Assembly (NCBI RefSeq): GCF_902459465.1
Contig: NC_047077.1
Coordinates: 8,494,001-8,558,000, forward strand
DNA length: 64,000 bases
Origin: Asterias rubens
Taxonomy: Eukaryota
Direction of reading: 5' to 3'
Shown here: piece by piece, positions 24,616 to 36,933 of the stretch
Numbering within the stretch: position 1 is the first letter of the stretch
Layout: the number at the start of each line of letters is the position of its first letter
Made by a program: the position numbers and the translations under genes
The notes under the pieces: generated by a model
Seen by the model: only the letters and a program-made list of their open reading frames with translations
Told to the model about the DNA's origin: nothing
The model's database searches: none

Positions 24616-25005
24616 TTAAAGGCAGTGGACACTATTGGTAATTGTCAAAGACTAGCCTTCACAGTTGGTGTATCTCAAAATATGCATAAAATAACAAACC
24701 TGTGAAAATTTTAGCTCAATGGGTCATCGAACTTGCGAGATAATAATGAAAGAAAAAACACCATTGTCACATGAAGTTGTATGCGTTTAAATGGTTGATT
24801 TCGAGACCTCAAGTTCTAAATCTGAGGTCTCGAAATCAAATTCGTCGAAAATTACTTCTTTCTCGAAAACTATGGCACTTCAGAGGGAGCCGTTTCTCAC
24901 AATGTTTTATACCATCAACCTCTCCCCATTACTAGAAAGGAACCAAGAAAGGTTTTATGCTAATAATTATTTTGAGTAATTACCAATAGTTTCCACTGCC
25001 TTTAA
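24616..25005. mobile_element. K1 MITE, full length, young subfamily
   Basis: TTAA + AGGCAGTGGACAC TIR at both ends; near-identical to 19476-19860. Confidence 0.93.
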
Positions 25006-25056
25006 TCTGTGAGGATAAAGAAAGGCGGGTCGCATGCCCAGTAATTTCATTGGATG

Positions 25057-25234
25057 CAGTGGCAGGCCTATGTGCTTGGTTTTTGAAAGGGCGAGGGCAC
25101 CTTGGCATTTTTCCTTGGTAAAGGGCACCCTATGAATTGTTAATTTCTACTGGAGCATTTCAAGGGCACCAGGGCAATATGACAGTGGGCATGGAGGCAA
25201 TCACCTTGTTGCCTCCGTGAAGTATTAGGACTGC
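25057..25234. mobile_element. Small hAT-like MITE (tentative)
   Basis: CAGGCCTA..TAGGACTG ends, internal AGGGCACC x3, and TGCAGTGG/TGCAGTGA near both junctions. Confidence 0.4.
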
Positions 25235-25329
25235 AGTGACATAGGAAGCAAGGACTTTTTAGATACATAAGATCAAAATAAATGCAATTGAATTATGAAG
25301 TGGTAATTTTTACTTTATTTTTATTTTTA

Positions 25330-25545
25330 TGAGAGATTGCCTTATATCACAAGGTCAGACGGCCTCCGTGAGGGCTTTTTAAGCAATTTGGGCTATCAAC
25401 CCAAACCAACTGTTGCAAGGGGCACCTTGCCACCTACTACTGGAGTCAAAACAGTGTTACACCCCTTCACAGTCTGTAAGAGTGTATAGGCATGACAATT
25501 AAAAAGCAATTACGGTCAAGTGCCTCGCTCAAGGGCATGAGGCTA
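25330..25545 (-). mobile_element. S3 SINE body
   Basis: The reverse complement aligns to 4630-4760 and contains GCCCTTGAGCGAGGCACTT. Confidence 0.6.
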
Positions 25546-26403
25546 GCGGTATCATGGAAGCTTTGTGTTCTAAAAAGGGCGTGCAGCAAATACAGGTCTG
25601 TGCAGTGACTTACCAACACAACACTCATGGGAAATGTAGCTATCATGAAAATAATGTCAAGGTCCAGAAAACAACATTTGGAAGAACTCTTAAATCAATG
25701 CTCGTTGTTTTAATCGCAGTAATCAAAATAAGCTTGTATTTGGATATGCTGGAAATCACTTTACAGTCTAGAAACATTTTCACCTGTTTTGACAGGTTGG
25801 TATTGTATCGTTAACAACTAGAAGAATTGGAATGAATGTAAGTGCTCTTTGCCCTGTCACTGATGTGTAGTAAAACTGTACTCAGCTAGAGGGCCTGTGT
25901 ACCCAGAGTCCTGTCGAAAAACACTGGTATACCATTCGGGAGGGTTTCAAACCCATGACCTTCATGCAAGAGCAGGGCCCAATATAATCACAATTATTTT
26001 TATAACAAATCCAACTCGATTATGGTTGCCAATAAAAGATCCTTATACCCTTCCCTTTATTACCTTTACAATTCTCTGCTTACTGGCATCTGCCAAAATT
26101 CTGTGCTAGCTGTATAAGCAAAGAATGCCTACTATTGATTATACACACGCAATAACACTCGAGGGAATGAATTTACTGTACTCAAACCCAATAAGACGTG
26201 TTTATTCCTTCAAAGTATTTGGTGTTTGAATCCACAATTCCTGTGAGGGCCCCTTTAAATCCTGCAACTGAATTTTAATTAAGATGCAGAGAGATAACGT
26301 GCAGATCAGCTGTGCGGTTCTGTCTAACGATCACCCACAACAAGATTGATTCTAACACCTCATCCAAATGATCCAGCAGTGCTCGACCAAGGATCTCGCC
26401 ACA

Positions 26404-26441
<38 letters not shown>

Positions 26442-26459
26442 CTCCAGGCCTCGTGATGT

Positions 26460-26923
26460 TTAAAGGTCCAGGACACTCAAAATAATTGTAAGCATAAGTA
26501 GGATTTTAAACTTTGCATGGTGGAAAGATATAGTAAAGTTTGTGATTTCTAAATGAGTTGGGGTGGTTCTGAAAAGTATTGTTGGTTTAAACTCAAATGT
26601 TTCGATCAGTATGCTTTGATCGTCTTCTGAAGAAAGCATTAAAGCTACTTGGTAACGAGCAATGGAGAGCTGTATAAAACATTTTGAGAAACTGCTCCTT
26701 TGAAGTAACGTAGTTTTTGAGAAAGAAGTAATTTCTCACTCAGATATTGAAAGAACCCAGGCCTGGAGCTTTTCAGACATCTGAAAGCACTCAATGTTTT
26801 TCTTGTCTTTCATTATTCTCTGCTAACAAAATGTTCACAGTTTTGTTATCTAATTGCTATGCATATGTTGGAATGCACCAATTGGGAATATTGGTCTTTA
26901 ACGAAGGTGTCCAGTGCCTTTAA
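26460..26923. mobile_element. K1 MITE, diverged, interrupted by a Penelope-like insertion
   Basis: TTAA termini; the K1 sequence AAGCAT is duplicated either side of the 26498-26633 insert. Confidence 0.85.
26498..26633 (-). mobile_element. Short Penelope-like (pLTR/hammerhead) insertion, copy B
   Basis: TSD AAGCAT; the minus strand reads CAGAAGA-C-GATCAAAGCATACTGATC-GAAAC. Confidence 0.75.
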
Positions 26924-28949
26924 GTGTTGGTTATAGTGTGAAATTTACTGCCAGCTGATCTTATTGTGGTGACGGTATACATTTTCTGTGGCTATCTCAG
27001 AAAGTTTGTAAAAACTAAATTGTTGTTCAGTCCTTTGCTCCTTTAAGTATGAATAGATATTAGTAAACTGCAACCTGGTGAGGCATGTTCCATCATTGAC
27101 ACATATTCGCCAAAGTTTCTTGATACTGGGTTAATTGTAAAGGTTACATCGTTGCTTGTTCGATCTTCGAGACTCACCAGGGATTGATTGCAAATCACAC
27201 CGTTAGCTAAATGAGGCCGGAGCATGAAGCCTTTAAATATGCCGCCCTTTGTTGTCATGTTCCCTGAACACGATTCGGAACATATAATTATTGTATATTT
27301 TTTGTTTCTACTCTTGTTGCTATAAATGGATGTTTTTGTTTGTACCTGTTGGCCGCCTCGAAAATAACGCGTGGCACCAACAGCAAATAGGAAGGATCTG
27401 AAAATGTAGTATTTCAAACAGGAATAGTTCTACTAAGAACATATGGTAGAGCCTAATAAATTCAATTAACATTACACTAACAAATTTCCACAAATAAATA
27501 TGATTTTTGTCAACCTTCATAGATAAGAAATCAATTGTGAGTTTTACCAGCAGTTTGTATTACGATTCATTCTTCAAACTGTCAATTTTTTGTAACATTC
27601 TTTTACAAAAAACCTGCAATATTTTATAAACACCTGTCATGTCCTTTGATTGTTATCTGGTAAATTTTCCCATCCCGATAGTTATCCTAGTAGGCTATTT
27701 GATGTACCTCCTTTTTCATCACCATACTTCATCCATCTTCATCCATATGATTAAAATGTTGTGGATGATATCTCTTTTTAGACACATCCGGTTTACTGCC
27801 TTAAGCCTTTTACTCCATCCAATTACCGTCAAACGAACCAGCAAGTAAAAAGGTGATGGTTTTATAACCCATCACCAGAATGTGACATTGACTTTTGATG
27901 CATGTAGCCTTGTAGTAGTCAACCTTCAACCCTAGACTGTGTACTTCCAGCCTCCCCTCTTTCACTGTCTGTTACGTATGCATTCCTATGAAGAGTAGAC
28001 ACCATTGGGTACCTGTACAGGCTCTAATTGATTCATCATGCCTCATTTGCCACCAAGGTAATGGGTCTTGAGTAATGTCTTTAGCAGGAGTGCTACTTAC
28101 CTACAGACTTGATGGTTTATGCTATGCTGCGGTACCTGCTACTGTTTCACGACACTGTCCCCTTTTGCCAATGAATGTTGGCAGTGCTTCACTGTAGTAT
28201 GGTGTTCTGCACTTGACACCCACTGAGGTTTGTGCTGTCTCTAAATGATATCCTGTGCGTAACCTGTAGACCTACTGATAGGATTGAGGCATCTCATGGT
28301 GAGGTATCAATACTTGGTTTGCTGTAAAACCATGTGTTCGTCTTGACAGATAGAGGCTATTCTACTACCGTGGAGTGAATTTATCAGATTTTTTGGGAGA
28401 CTTCTCAATCTTAGTTCTGAAAAGAACTGTCCTGCTTATACTACTCGGGCGAAAGGTATAAAAAAATGGCTTGGACTACTATTTTAGCTTATAGGATCAT
28501 TATAAATTGCATTACCACTGAGTGAGTTCTTAATTGGTCTCATTGTTTCAGCTAGCTTGCTCTAGGTATCGTCAGGATACTGTAGGAGGCCTTCTTATAG
28601 GGGTTCGGAGGGTTTCAGTGTAGAGTCAACTGTGGCGTTGTTGGACGTCACATGATATCTGCCTCAGTTGTGCTACTGTTTCACCTTTGTTGTTACTTCA
28701 AGCACGATTCAGGGTGATGGTGTTTACGCTTAGCGTAGTATACCATACATCTTTTTCCTGTTATAAGTGACTGTGAGCTGCTTATTTATAGGCGTCTCCA
28801 AGGTATGGTGAAGAAGGTATGGTGAAGAAAGCATGCTAACAAACCTGTGTTTATCAAAGGCAACATTATACCTTGTATGTGTCGTGTTATCTGAGTAGGG
28901 CGCCCTCACATTGCCAATCAGAAGTCCAACTGAGCTCAAATTTTCACAT

Positions 28950-29330
28950 GTTACATTGTTACAGAATTGGTAAGAAACAAAAATCATGAAGATCACAGAT
29001 TTACATAAAACTTACACGGTCTAATGATGATGATAATAGAAAACATCACTTGAAATATTTCTTCTTGAAATTTCATATTTGATGAGACATAATTAATCTA
29101 ATTTCGCGTTTGGAGTTTATCGCTCAGTGAGCGTTTTATTCATTTTTGTTTTGGCATCGATGCAATGCAAAATTTGTAATCAGTTTTTCACTATTCTCTC
29201 GTGACCCAGATGGCCGATCGATCTCAAACTTCTACGGGTTTGTCAGTTTATGTATATGGTGGATTACAAAAAGTGCTTACACTGCCAGCAACTGTTTTGG
29301 TAGCAAAACCAATTCTGTAATGTTCCTTAA
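28950..29330. mobile_element. K6 Kolobok-type MITE
   Basis: TTACAGAATTGGT ... ACCAATTCTGTAATGTTCC-TTAA. Confidence 0.7.
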
Positions 29331-29704
29331 AGCCATTGGACACTTTCAGTAAACAGTATTGTCCAAAGGCCCACACTTCGTGCATCACAACTTCTATATA
29401 AAATAACAAACCTGTGAAAATTTAGGCTCAATCGGTCATCGGAGTCGGGAGAAAATAACGGGAAAACTCACCCAATTGATTCTGCACGTTTCGCCGTGTC
29501 ATGACATGTGTTTTAAACAAATTTGTTATTCTCGCAATGGAGAATTTATATTGTTTTACTGTTTTCTTAAAAAGTAAAGCATTTCATGGAATAATATTTC
29601 AAGAGAAGCCTTTCAGCATTACCTTCTGTAAACCCTGTAAGTTATTTGTAAATCTGTGATTTTCTTGTATTGTTTTCTGTTCCGAAAGTGTATAATGGCC
29701 TTAA
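29327..29704. mobile_element. K7 Kolobok-type MITE, full length
   Basis: TTAA-AGCCATTGGACACTTTCAG ... CCGAAAGTGTATAATGGCC-TTAA. Confidence 0.85.
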
Positions 29705-30489
29705 GCCATTTCATTGCTTCTTAGTGTATTGTCAAAGTAGTCCAGTATCCTCTTGTGGTGTATCCCAACATATGCATTAAATAAAAAACCTGTGACAGTG
29801 TGAAACCAATTGGTCGCGGTAATATGAATGACCGTAAAACTGTCTCTATAATACTTGGCCTTTACCGACTGAAAAGAGAACCATTTATATCTACCAATAC
29901 ATTGCACTACCATGATGACATTAATTTAATGCCATAATTTGTATTAAATATGGAAGATTTACTTTTTTACCTCCACCCATAACATTATAATATGTAAAAC
30001 AGATACATGTAAGACTTAATTTTTCGTAAAGGATTACATTTTGTGGATTTAGCATCAGCAAATACAGCCAAACTTTATTGATCGTCAAAACATAATCTTT
30101 CCTGAAATGTAAATTTGGGGGGAAAATGTAGAGCTTGTCTAAATGTGTTGACATTATGCATTACATTGGAACACAAAAAATGCAAACATATTAGCTTTTG
30201 TCTCTACAAATATTTACTTTAAAAGGGCCTGGGATTGCAGTTGACTTATTTTGTTGATTTATCAAATGAATGTCTAGCTTGATGTCATCATTCAGACTGT
30301 AGGCTTTGAAGAAATAAAAGCCTTTGCTTAATAGCATGGGACACTACTGGTTACTCAAAATAATTCAGGGAACTGTTGATAGTAAAAACCATTTGCGAGA
30401 AAACTGCTTCCTCTGAGGCCCAGAGGGTCTATCAGAAGTAATTTGTACTTGTTTTGCCAAACCCCACAACACATTATTTAGAAAATATA

Positions 30490-30740
30490 CCAAATATAGC
30501 TTTACCCTAACCCTTATCCTTGCATGTAAATCCTTGGGGGTTTTTGAAACATATGGGTGTCAGCATTATATGGGTGTTGGAACATAGGGGCGTCAAGACA
30601 TAGCTGCATTGGAACATAATGGTGTCAGGTAATAAAACAGGTGTGATGGAACATATGGGTGTCATAACATTTGGCATTAGAACAAATTAGATTTGGGAAC
30701 TAGGGGTGTCTGAAGATAGGGGTGTTGTAACATAGTGGGC
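30490..30740. mobile_element. Helitron-like repeat with ~17-20-bp degenerate subrepeats
   Basis: TACCCTAACCC..GTAAATC followed by many GAACATAGGGGTGTC-like units. Confidence 0.5.
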
Positions 30741-31827
30741 AATTCCACGGTCAGTTGCATTACACTTTTCAGTGTCATTTCTCGATCTTGGTGCTAGAAG
30801 TTCTATGTGAGATATTATTTTTTCACTAAGTTTATAGACTGATTTTTACTTGACACCCAAGGCTTTGAATTGATAATATTAGAAATGTTGTGGGCTTTGT
30901 GCTCTGGATGTTATTAATGTTGTAAAAAGCGGTCAGGTGCATTACACAAAAAGGACATGGTAAAAAACACACTTGTCACAATTCAAAAATCTCCTCTATC
31001 AAAAAGATTGCGAAAGTGTTACTATATGTAACACACAACTCTTATACATGAGTATCCGACAGGATACTTATAAATGGTCAGCAACTTGAACTTTTAGGTA
31101 TACATGGCAAAACCATGGTCAGTCGCATTACGGTCAGTCGCATTACAGTTTTCCAGACAATGTAGCCACGCCTACATGGAGCCCAAGCTGAGTTCTTATT
31201 TGGAAAAATTTGTTTTATTCCTTGTCAACAACTAAAAACAAATTGGTTTCATATGTTAGCTATAACTTCTAAGTGGAAAGAAAGTTGTGACAAAAACTTG
31301 ATTTTTTTGGTGTCCTGTCCATGTTTGCTTGGAATTGCCCTAGTGGTGTCTGAATATAGAGTAGTCACCACGTATAATCAACTCATAAATCAAGCTACTA
31401 TATTTGGGTGTTGTATTGATGTAATAAAGGCCTCAGTTTGATATCATTCAATGATTCCCTAAGGGCCTCATTATTTCTTTATTTAGCTATTCTCTATTGA
31501 ATAATTTCATTGGTTTTGCAGGTAATGATTTTGCAATGTAGGCCTGCCCATTCAAGTTTTAAAACAGGTTAAATGAAATCATATTAATAGGACTATTTAA
31601 TGAAAGCATGACCCTGTGCAAATACCGAGTGAGTCTTTAATTCAACACCTTAGTTGTGAAACCATATATGGATGCAAAATAAGTCAGTAGGTCACACTGA
31701 TTCATAATCCCAGTCCAAATCCATGTTTTTAAAACAAGTTTCTGGTCCGCAGCTTTAAAATGGGTCAGGTTCCATGTATAACCCATGACCCAGAAGTCTT
31801 TAGAACATACTTAGCTAGTACGTATGT

Positions 31828-32204
31828 TTAAAGGCAGTGGACACTATTGGTAATTACTCAAAATAATTATCATCATAAAACCTTTCTTGATTACGAGTAA
31901 TGTGGAGGGGTTGATAGTATAAAACATTGTGAGAAACGGCTCCCTCTGAAGTGACGTAGTTTTCGAGAAAGAAGTAATTTTCCACGAATTTGATTTCGAG
32001 ACCTCGAGTTTAGAATTTGAGGTATCGAAATCAACCATCTAAACGCACACAACTTCGTGTGACAAGGGTGTTTTTACTTTCATTATTATCTCGCAACTTC
32101 GATGACCGATTGAGCTCAAATTTTCATTGATTTATGCATATGTTGAGAAACACCAACTGTGAAGACTAGTCTGTGACAATTACCAATGGTGTCCACTGTC
32201 TTAA
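31828..32204. mobile_element. K1 MITE, full length, young subfamily
   Basis: TTAA-AGGCAGTGGACAC ... GTGTCCACTGTC-TTAA; reverse orientation relative to 19476. Confidence 0.92.
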
Positions 32205-32378
32205 GGTAAACTTTTTGGGATGGTCTTTAATCGGATTTAGTTTGTTGTTTGACAAAATTGTGAGTTGGCTTTGGCAGAGGGAACTGCATCCCCTGTCCGC
32301 AGCTTTCATGAACGAACACTGAAAGTTTGAAATCTAAGAAATGATTCATGCAAGAATCTACTTTCAGATTCGAATGAC

Positions 32379-32763
32379 TTAAAGGCAGTGGACACTATTG
32401 GTAATTACTCAAAATAATTATTGGCATAAATCCTTTCTTGGTGACAAGTAATGGGGAGAGACTGATGGTATAAAACATTGTGAGAAACGGCTCTCTCTGA
32501 AGTGCCATAGTTTTCGAGAAAGAAGTAATTTTCCACGAATTTGATTTCAAGACCTCGGATTTAGAACTTGAGGTCTCGAAATCAACCATCTACACGCACA
32601 TAACTTCGTGTGACAAGGGTTATTTTTCTTTCATTATTATCTCACAAGTTAGATGACCGATTGAGCTCAAATTTTCAAAGGTTTGTTATTTTATGAATAT
32701 GTTTAGATACACCAACTGTGAAGGCTAGTCATTGTTATTACCAATAGTGTACACTGTCTTTAA
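32379..32763. mobile_element. K1 MITE, full length, young subfamily
   Basis: TTAA-AGGCAGTGGACAC ... GTGTACACTGTCT-TTAA. Confidence 0.92.
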
Positions 32764-34439
32764 GGTGAACAACCCAAACAAATAATGTTGCTTTGAACTT
32801 GAAGGGAATCTTTTCTTAAAATAGTATATTTCAACAGCTACAGAGCTCAAAAATAAAGTGTTTTTTTTATAACCATTGGAGCATACCACTGTCTTGATTT
32901 GAGTCTGGTGTCATCCTGTGAATCCATACCATTACACAGTAAACCCTTTTGTTTTCTGCCCATTCAATCTTATTAAACGTGTTTGTAAATGGTTGATAAA
33001 CATTGCCAGCTTGCAAGATGATGTCAAAGTGTGATAAATGTATAGCTATACAAAGTTACACTCGACAGTTTGGTTCTATTATACCACCACACAAAACCAG
33101 TATGTGTGAATGGTTTCATGTGTTTAAGCAACCCTCCAAGAAATTAACCAATATAATGACAAAGACAGTTCACTTTGCCTTCTAATTGTGTCTTCATAAC
33201 CATGTCTCTCAAATTAAGATGAAGGGAATTTTTTTTCTTCATGTTAGGCATATTTGTCAGAGGATTTTCCAAAATTATCAAGTTATTAGCAGCTTTAGTT
33301 TATGAGCTTGATCAGTTCACATGATAGAGTCCAAACATGTGGATTCTGTAACATGAACTTTATAATAACGAAATCAACTCGTAGGTAAATGTGGTCAACA
33401 TTTGTCCCGCTATCACTTTGAACCAAATTGTTGACACTTTCGTCTTCTAGGTGTGCTGAACATTCAAACCTTTGAATTAATCCAAACGCAAGACGTACAT
33501 CGCTATACAAATCTATTCCATCAGGACCCTGAGTGTTTTTCTCTTCTCTCTGCTGTACACGTAGTATCTAGTGAATTACAGTGCCATGAAACAGTTAAAG
33601 TCTCGCGCCAAGACATTTGCACTTTCTTGTCGCTGGCTTTGGAATGATACTCGTTTTCTCCAGCAACATATCCATTAGCTCAGTTTCCATGGCAATGTCA
33701 TGACCCAAATACCCAGGCATTGATCCATGCGTCAGCCGCATCGCTTCGCAATAAATAAGGAACTCATCTTTTTAATAGACTGGTCTGCCAGTCCTTTCAA
33801 TGTCTGTTTGTATCCCTGGATGTATATCCAACAGAAAGAACGGTATATTTGCTTTATTTGCGGCACCATGGCAGCATATGATAAAATTGTATAGGATTAA
33901 TTAGGAGACAACTTTTCTCCAAGGGGTGTGTATTTTGAGAATTTATTTAGTTTATATTTGTTATCAACCTGGTTTTGTAAAACAGACATTGTCGAGTAGA
34001 ATATAAAACTTAAAAGGGGGTGGTATAAGCCATAACGTTGTTGTGCAGCTACTTGTTATAATGGTAAATGTACGGTATTTTAGCTGATAACCTTTTTTTG
34101 CTAAGCAGGCGAGAGTTTTCTGTGCTTAGCAAGTTTTTGTGCTTACATGCTAAATGAAATTGTGCCATGGTAGTTTGGTCAGTAACCTTATGTTGATAAG
34201 CCATAATGTTGTTGTTCTCAGCTAAATGTTGTTCCCAAGCAGCTGTATACAATATTGGCCCAGCCCTCACAATTTGTATTGTGGTCATGTAGAGATGAGA
34301 ATTTGTAATGATCTTAGTATTCAGCTGTTTTTTTTGTAGCTTGCATCGGCGTTGACCAAGAAGATAATGCTATAGCATTCTATTTTGCATGGACAGTGTT
34401 ATCAACAAATTTGATATCAGTTTCTTATAAATGTATTTA

Positions 34440-34811
34440 TAAAAGGAACTGGACATGTTTGGTAATTGTCAAAGACCAGTCTTCTCACTTGGTGTATCTC
34501 AACATAAGCATAAAATAACAAACCTGTGAAAATATGGGCTCGATTGGTCATTAGATTTGCAAGAGAATAATGAAAGAAAAAAAATACCCTTGTTTGAATA
34601 CTTTGTGTGCTTCCAGGTGCATAAATGGATTCAGATCAAGTCTTTTATTGTTTGGGCAAGAAATAATCTCTTTCTCAAACTATGTTACTTCAGAAGGAGC
34701 AGTTTTTCACAATGTTTTATACTACCAACAGCTCTCCATTGCTTGTTACCAAGTAAGTTTTTATGCTAACAATTCGTTTTAGTTATTACTAATAGTGTCC
34801 AGTGTCTTTTA
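34440..34811. mobile_element. K1 MITE, diverged
   Basis: AAAGGAACTGGACATGTTTGGTAATTGTC ... GTGTCCAGTGTCTTT. Confidence 0.82.
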
Positions 34812-35299
34812 GAAAAAACATAAAATTCAAACACTTTCAAGCAAAAAATCCAGTAGCCCCGAGAGAATGGAAAAGTAACAAATTAGTCCACTTTCCATTC
34901 TAGGTGTTTTCCCCCCATAAATGTTGTTGGTTTTCTTTCAGTCTGCTCCCATGTTTTCTCACCAGTTTGGCTTGGAGAAATCTGTTCATAAGCGTTGCCA
35001 TGGCAATGACATGAATGTTCAAAGATGCCATCGATTGGGTTGTCCATATGTGTTTGCCAAGTAGTAGACTCTGTGACGTAGAATTAGGTTGATTCGTGCA
35101 AGCAAAAAGGGCTTCTGATGGCGGCGGACCATTTAGCAAAATGAATGAAGATTAAGAAGTGTTCAATAACTGTTGTGAGTTTGGCTCCAATCACAGATAA
35201 AGTGGTAGCCTTATTATGAGCATGCATTGAAACCCAAATTATAAAATAATTAATTTGTATTTAATAGAGGTTAAATTTGCATAGGGATAAAGAATACTA

Positions 35300-35480
35300 A
35301 TTTTGTTACCCATACACCGATGTGTGTTAGCACTGTATACTCAGTACTTTCCCCTTACACTGGCGTGTGTTAGCACTGTATACTCAGTACTTTCCCGAGT
35401 CCTGTGAACAAAAATCAAAGGTACAATACTCGGATGGGATTCGAACCAAAGACCCTTGCAATTCTAGAGCAGTGTCTTTA
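35300..35480 (-). mobile_element. S1 SINE with internal ~40-bp duplication
   Basis: GGGATTCGAACC (B-box reverse complement); GTGTGTTAGCACTGTATACTCAGTACTTTCCC x2. Confidence 0.78.
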
Positions 35481-35604
35481 TACCAATACATCAAAATCTT
35501 TAAAATGCGAAGAGTTTTGTCCACCTTTCATAATATCGTTATTTGTTTGATTGGAAGAGTGTTTATTAATAATGAAATAAAACATTAGTTTTAACTTGGA
35601 TTCA

Positions 35605-35657
35605 TCACTCGATCAATCAATCAATCAACCAATCAACCAATCAACCAATCAACCAAT

Positions 35658-35688
<31 letters not shown>

Positions 35689-35780
35689 CACTTTTATTTC
35701 CATACAATACATCAAAAATAAACAACTGGAACTGTATGGAGGCATGACCCATTAAAAGCAAATAGCTGCCCATAGCAAAA
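35605..35780 (-). mobile_element. 3' end of a CR1/L2-like retroposon with (TTGA/TTGGTTGA)n tail
   Basis: (CAAT/CCAAT)n microsatellite, then AACTGTATGGAGGCATGACCCATTAAAAGC, shared with 51810-51850. Confidence 0.55.
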
Positions 35781-36843
35781 TGTGAATGTTCATTAAGATT
35801 GTTAAAAATTTCTTTGTATAATTGATTGATTCGACACTTGTCTGTGTTGAAAAAATTGAATGCTGGTTCGACCCAAAGCTCCCAAACCCTAGTTGCCTTT
35901 AAAAATGGCATCTGTTTCCTTTGTCTAAGTGAAACAATTATGAAGTTACATCAAAACTATTATCTTATTAAAGATTCTATGTCAGATTTTTGGCCCCAAA
36001 CATTAAAAAATAGATTTTTTTTGAGTGAGTGGTATTTCAAAGGGTATCACTCGCTCTAACGAAACAAAATTTAACTTTTACTTTTAATGGTCAGGAACCA
36101 TGAAAAAAATTTGAAACGTTTCTCATTGGTCATGTGATATATTGTCGGCATCCCGACAAAAACTAATTTTGAGCACTTTATTTCACTGCTACTTATAATT
36201 TGAGCAATGGCTCAAATGAAAGCTTGTCACTTTCTCGACCCCCATCAAAATACCTATTGAATTTTAAATCAAAATTTTGGGGTCAAATCGGCAGAAAAGC
36301 TGACATAGCATATTTAACTAATTAAGCTTGGTGTGAATTGCTGCCTGTTTATACAAAGAGATAACATGAGAGTTCTATCAAATTCCTTATATATTGGTTG
36401 GTGAAACACTTTGGAACAATTGGAATGCTATGATATGGCCCGAAGTGCCAAAACCTGCGGCATATATTGCCCTTTTCTAAGTGAAACAATTGTGTATACC
36501 TAGAAACTATTATCTTGTTGACTAATTAAACTCTTTGTGAATCGCTGCTTTCTTATACAAAGAGACAATTTAATGGAAGTGAAGTATCTGGCAATAAGTC
36601 ATGACCCCAATCGTGGCATTTAAATCACCAGCGACCACTACGCGAGGAGACAACATAATGAGTGCAAACACGTTAACCACACACACAATCCACCTCATCA
36701 GCACACCAACTTCGAGACCCGACCATCCTCCCTCTCTCCAAGTATTCCATCTTCGTTGTTTACCCTGCAACTTGTCCTCCCCACGCCATTCACGGCCGCC
36801 TGCATCTCAGCGATACCAGATAAGGGAAATTAATTTATTGCAG

Positions 36844-36933
36844 GATTGGGTGACGTTATCCAAGCCGTAGATGATGTCCCTAGTCGGGATATTTACTCCG
36901 TCCTGCGGGGGCCGAGGGGCGTATATTTACAGG
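36844..36933 (+). other. Candidate 90-nt internal exon (phase 1-1)
   Basis: Acceptor TTAATTTATTGCAG| and donor CAGG|GTGAGC; open frame (G)LGDVIQAVDDVPSRDIYSVLRGPRGVYLQ(G). Confidence 0.35.

Noticed and set aside
36570-36770. VVVAGDLNATIG resembling a LINE endonuclease GDFN motif or a signal peptide
   Set aside because: It is a single short motif with a stop 11 codons later, no other EEP motifs and no usable donor.
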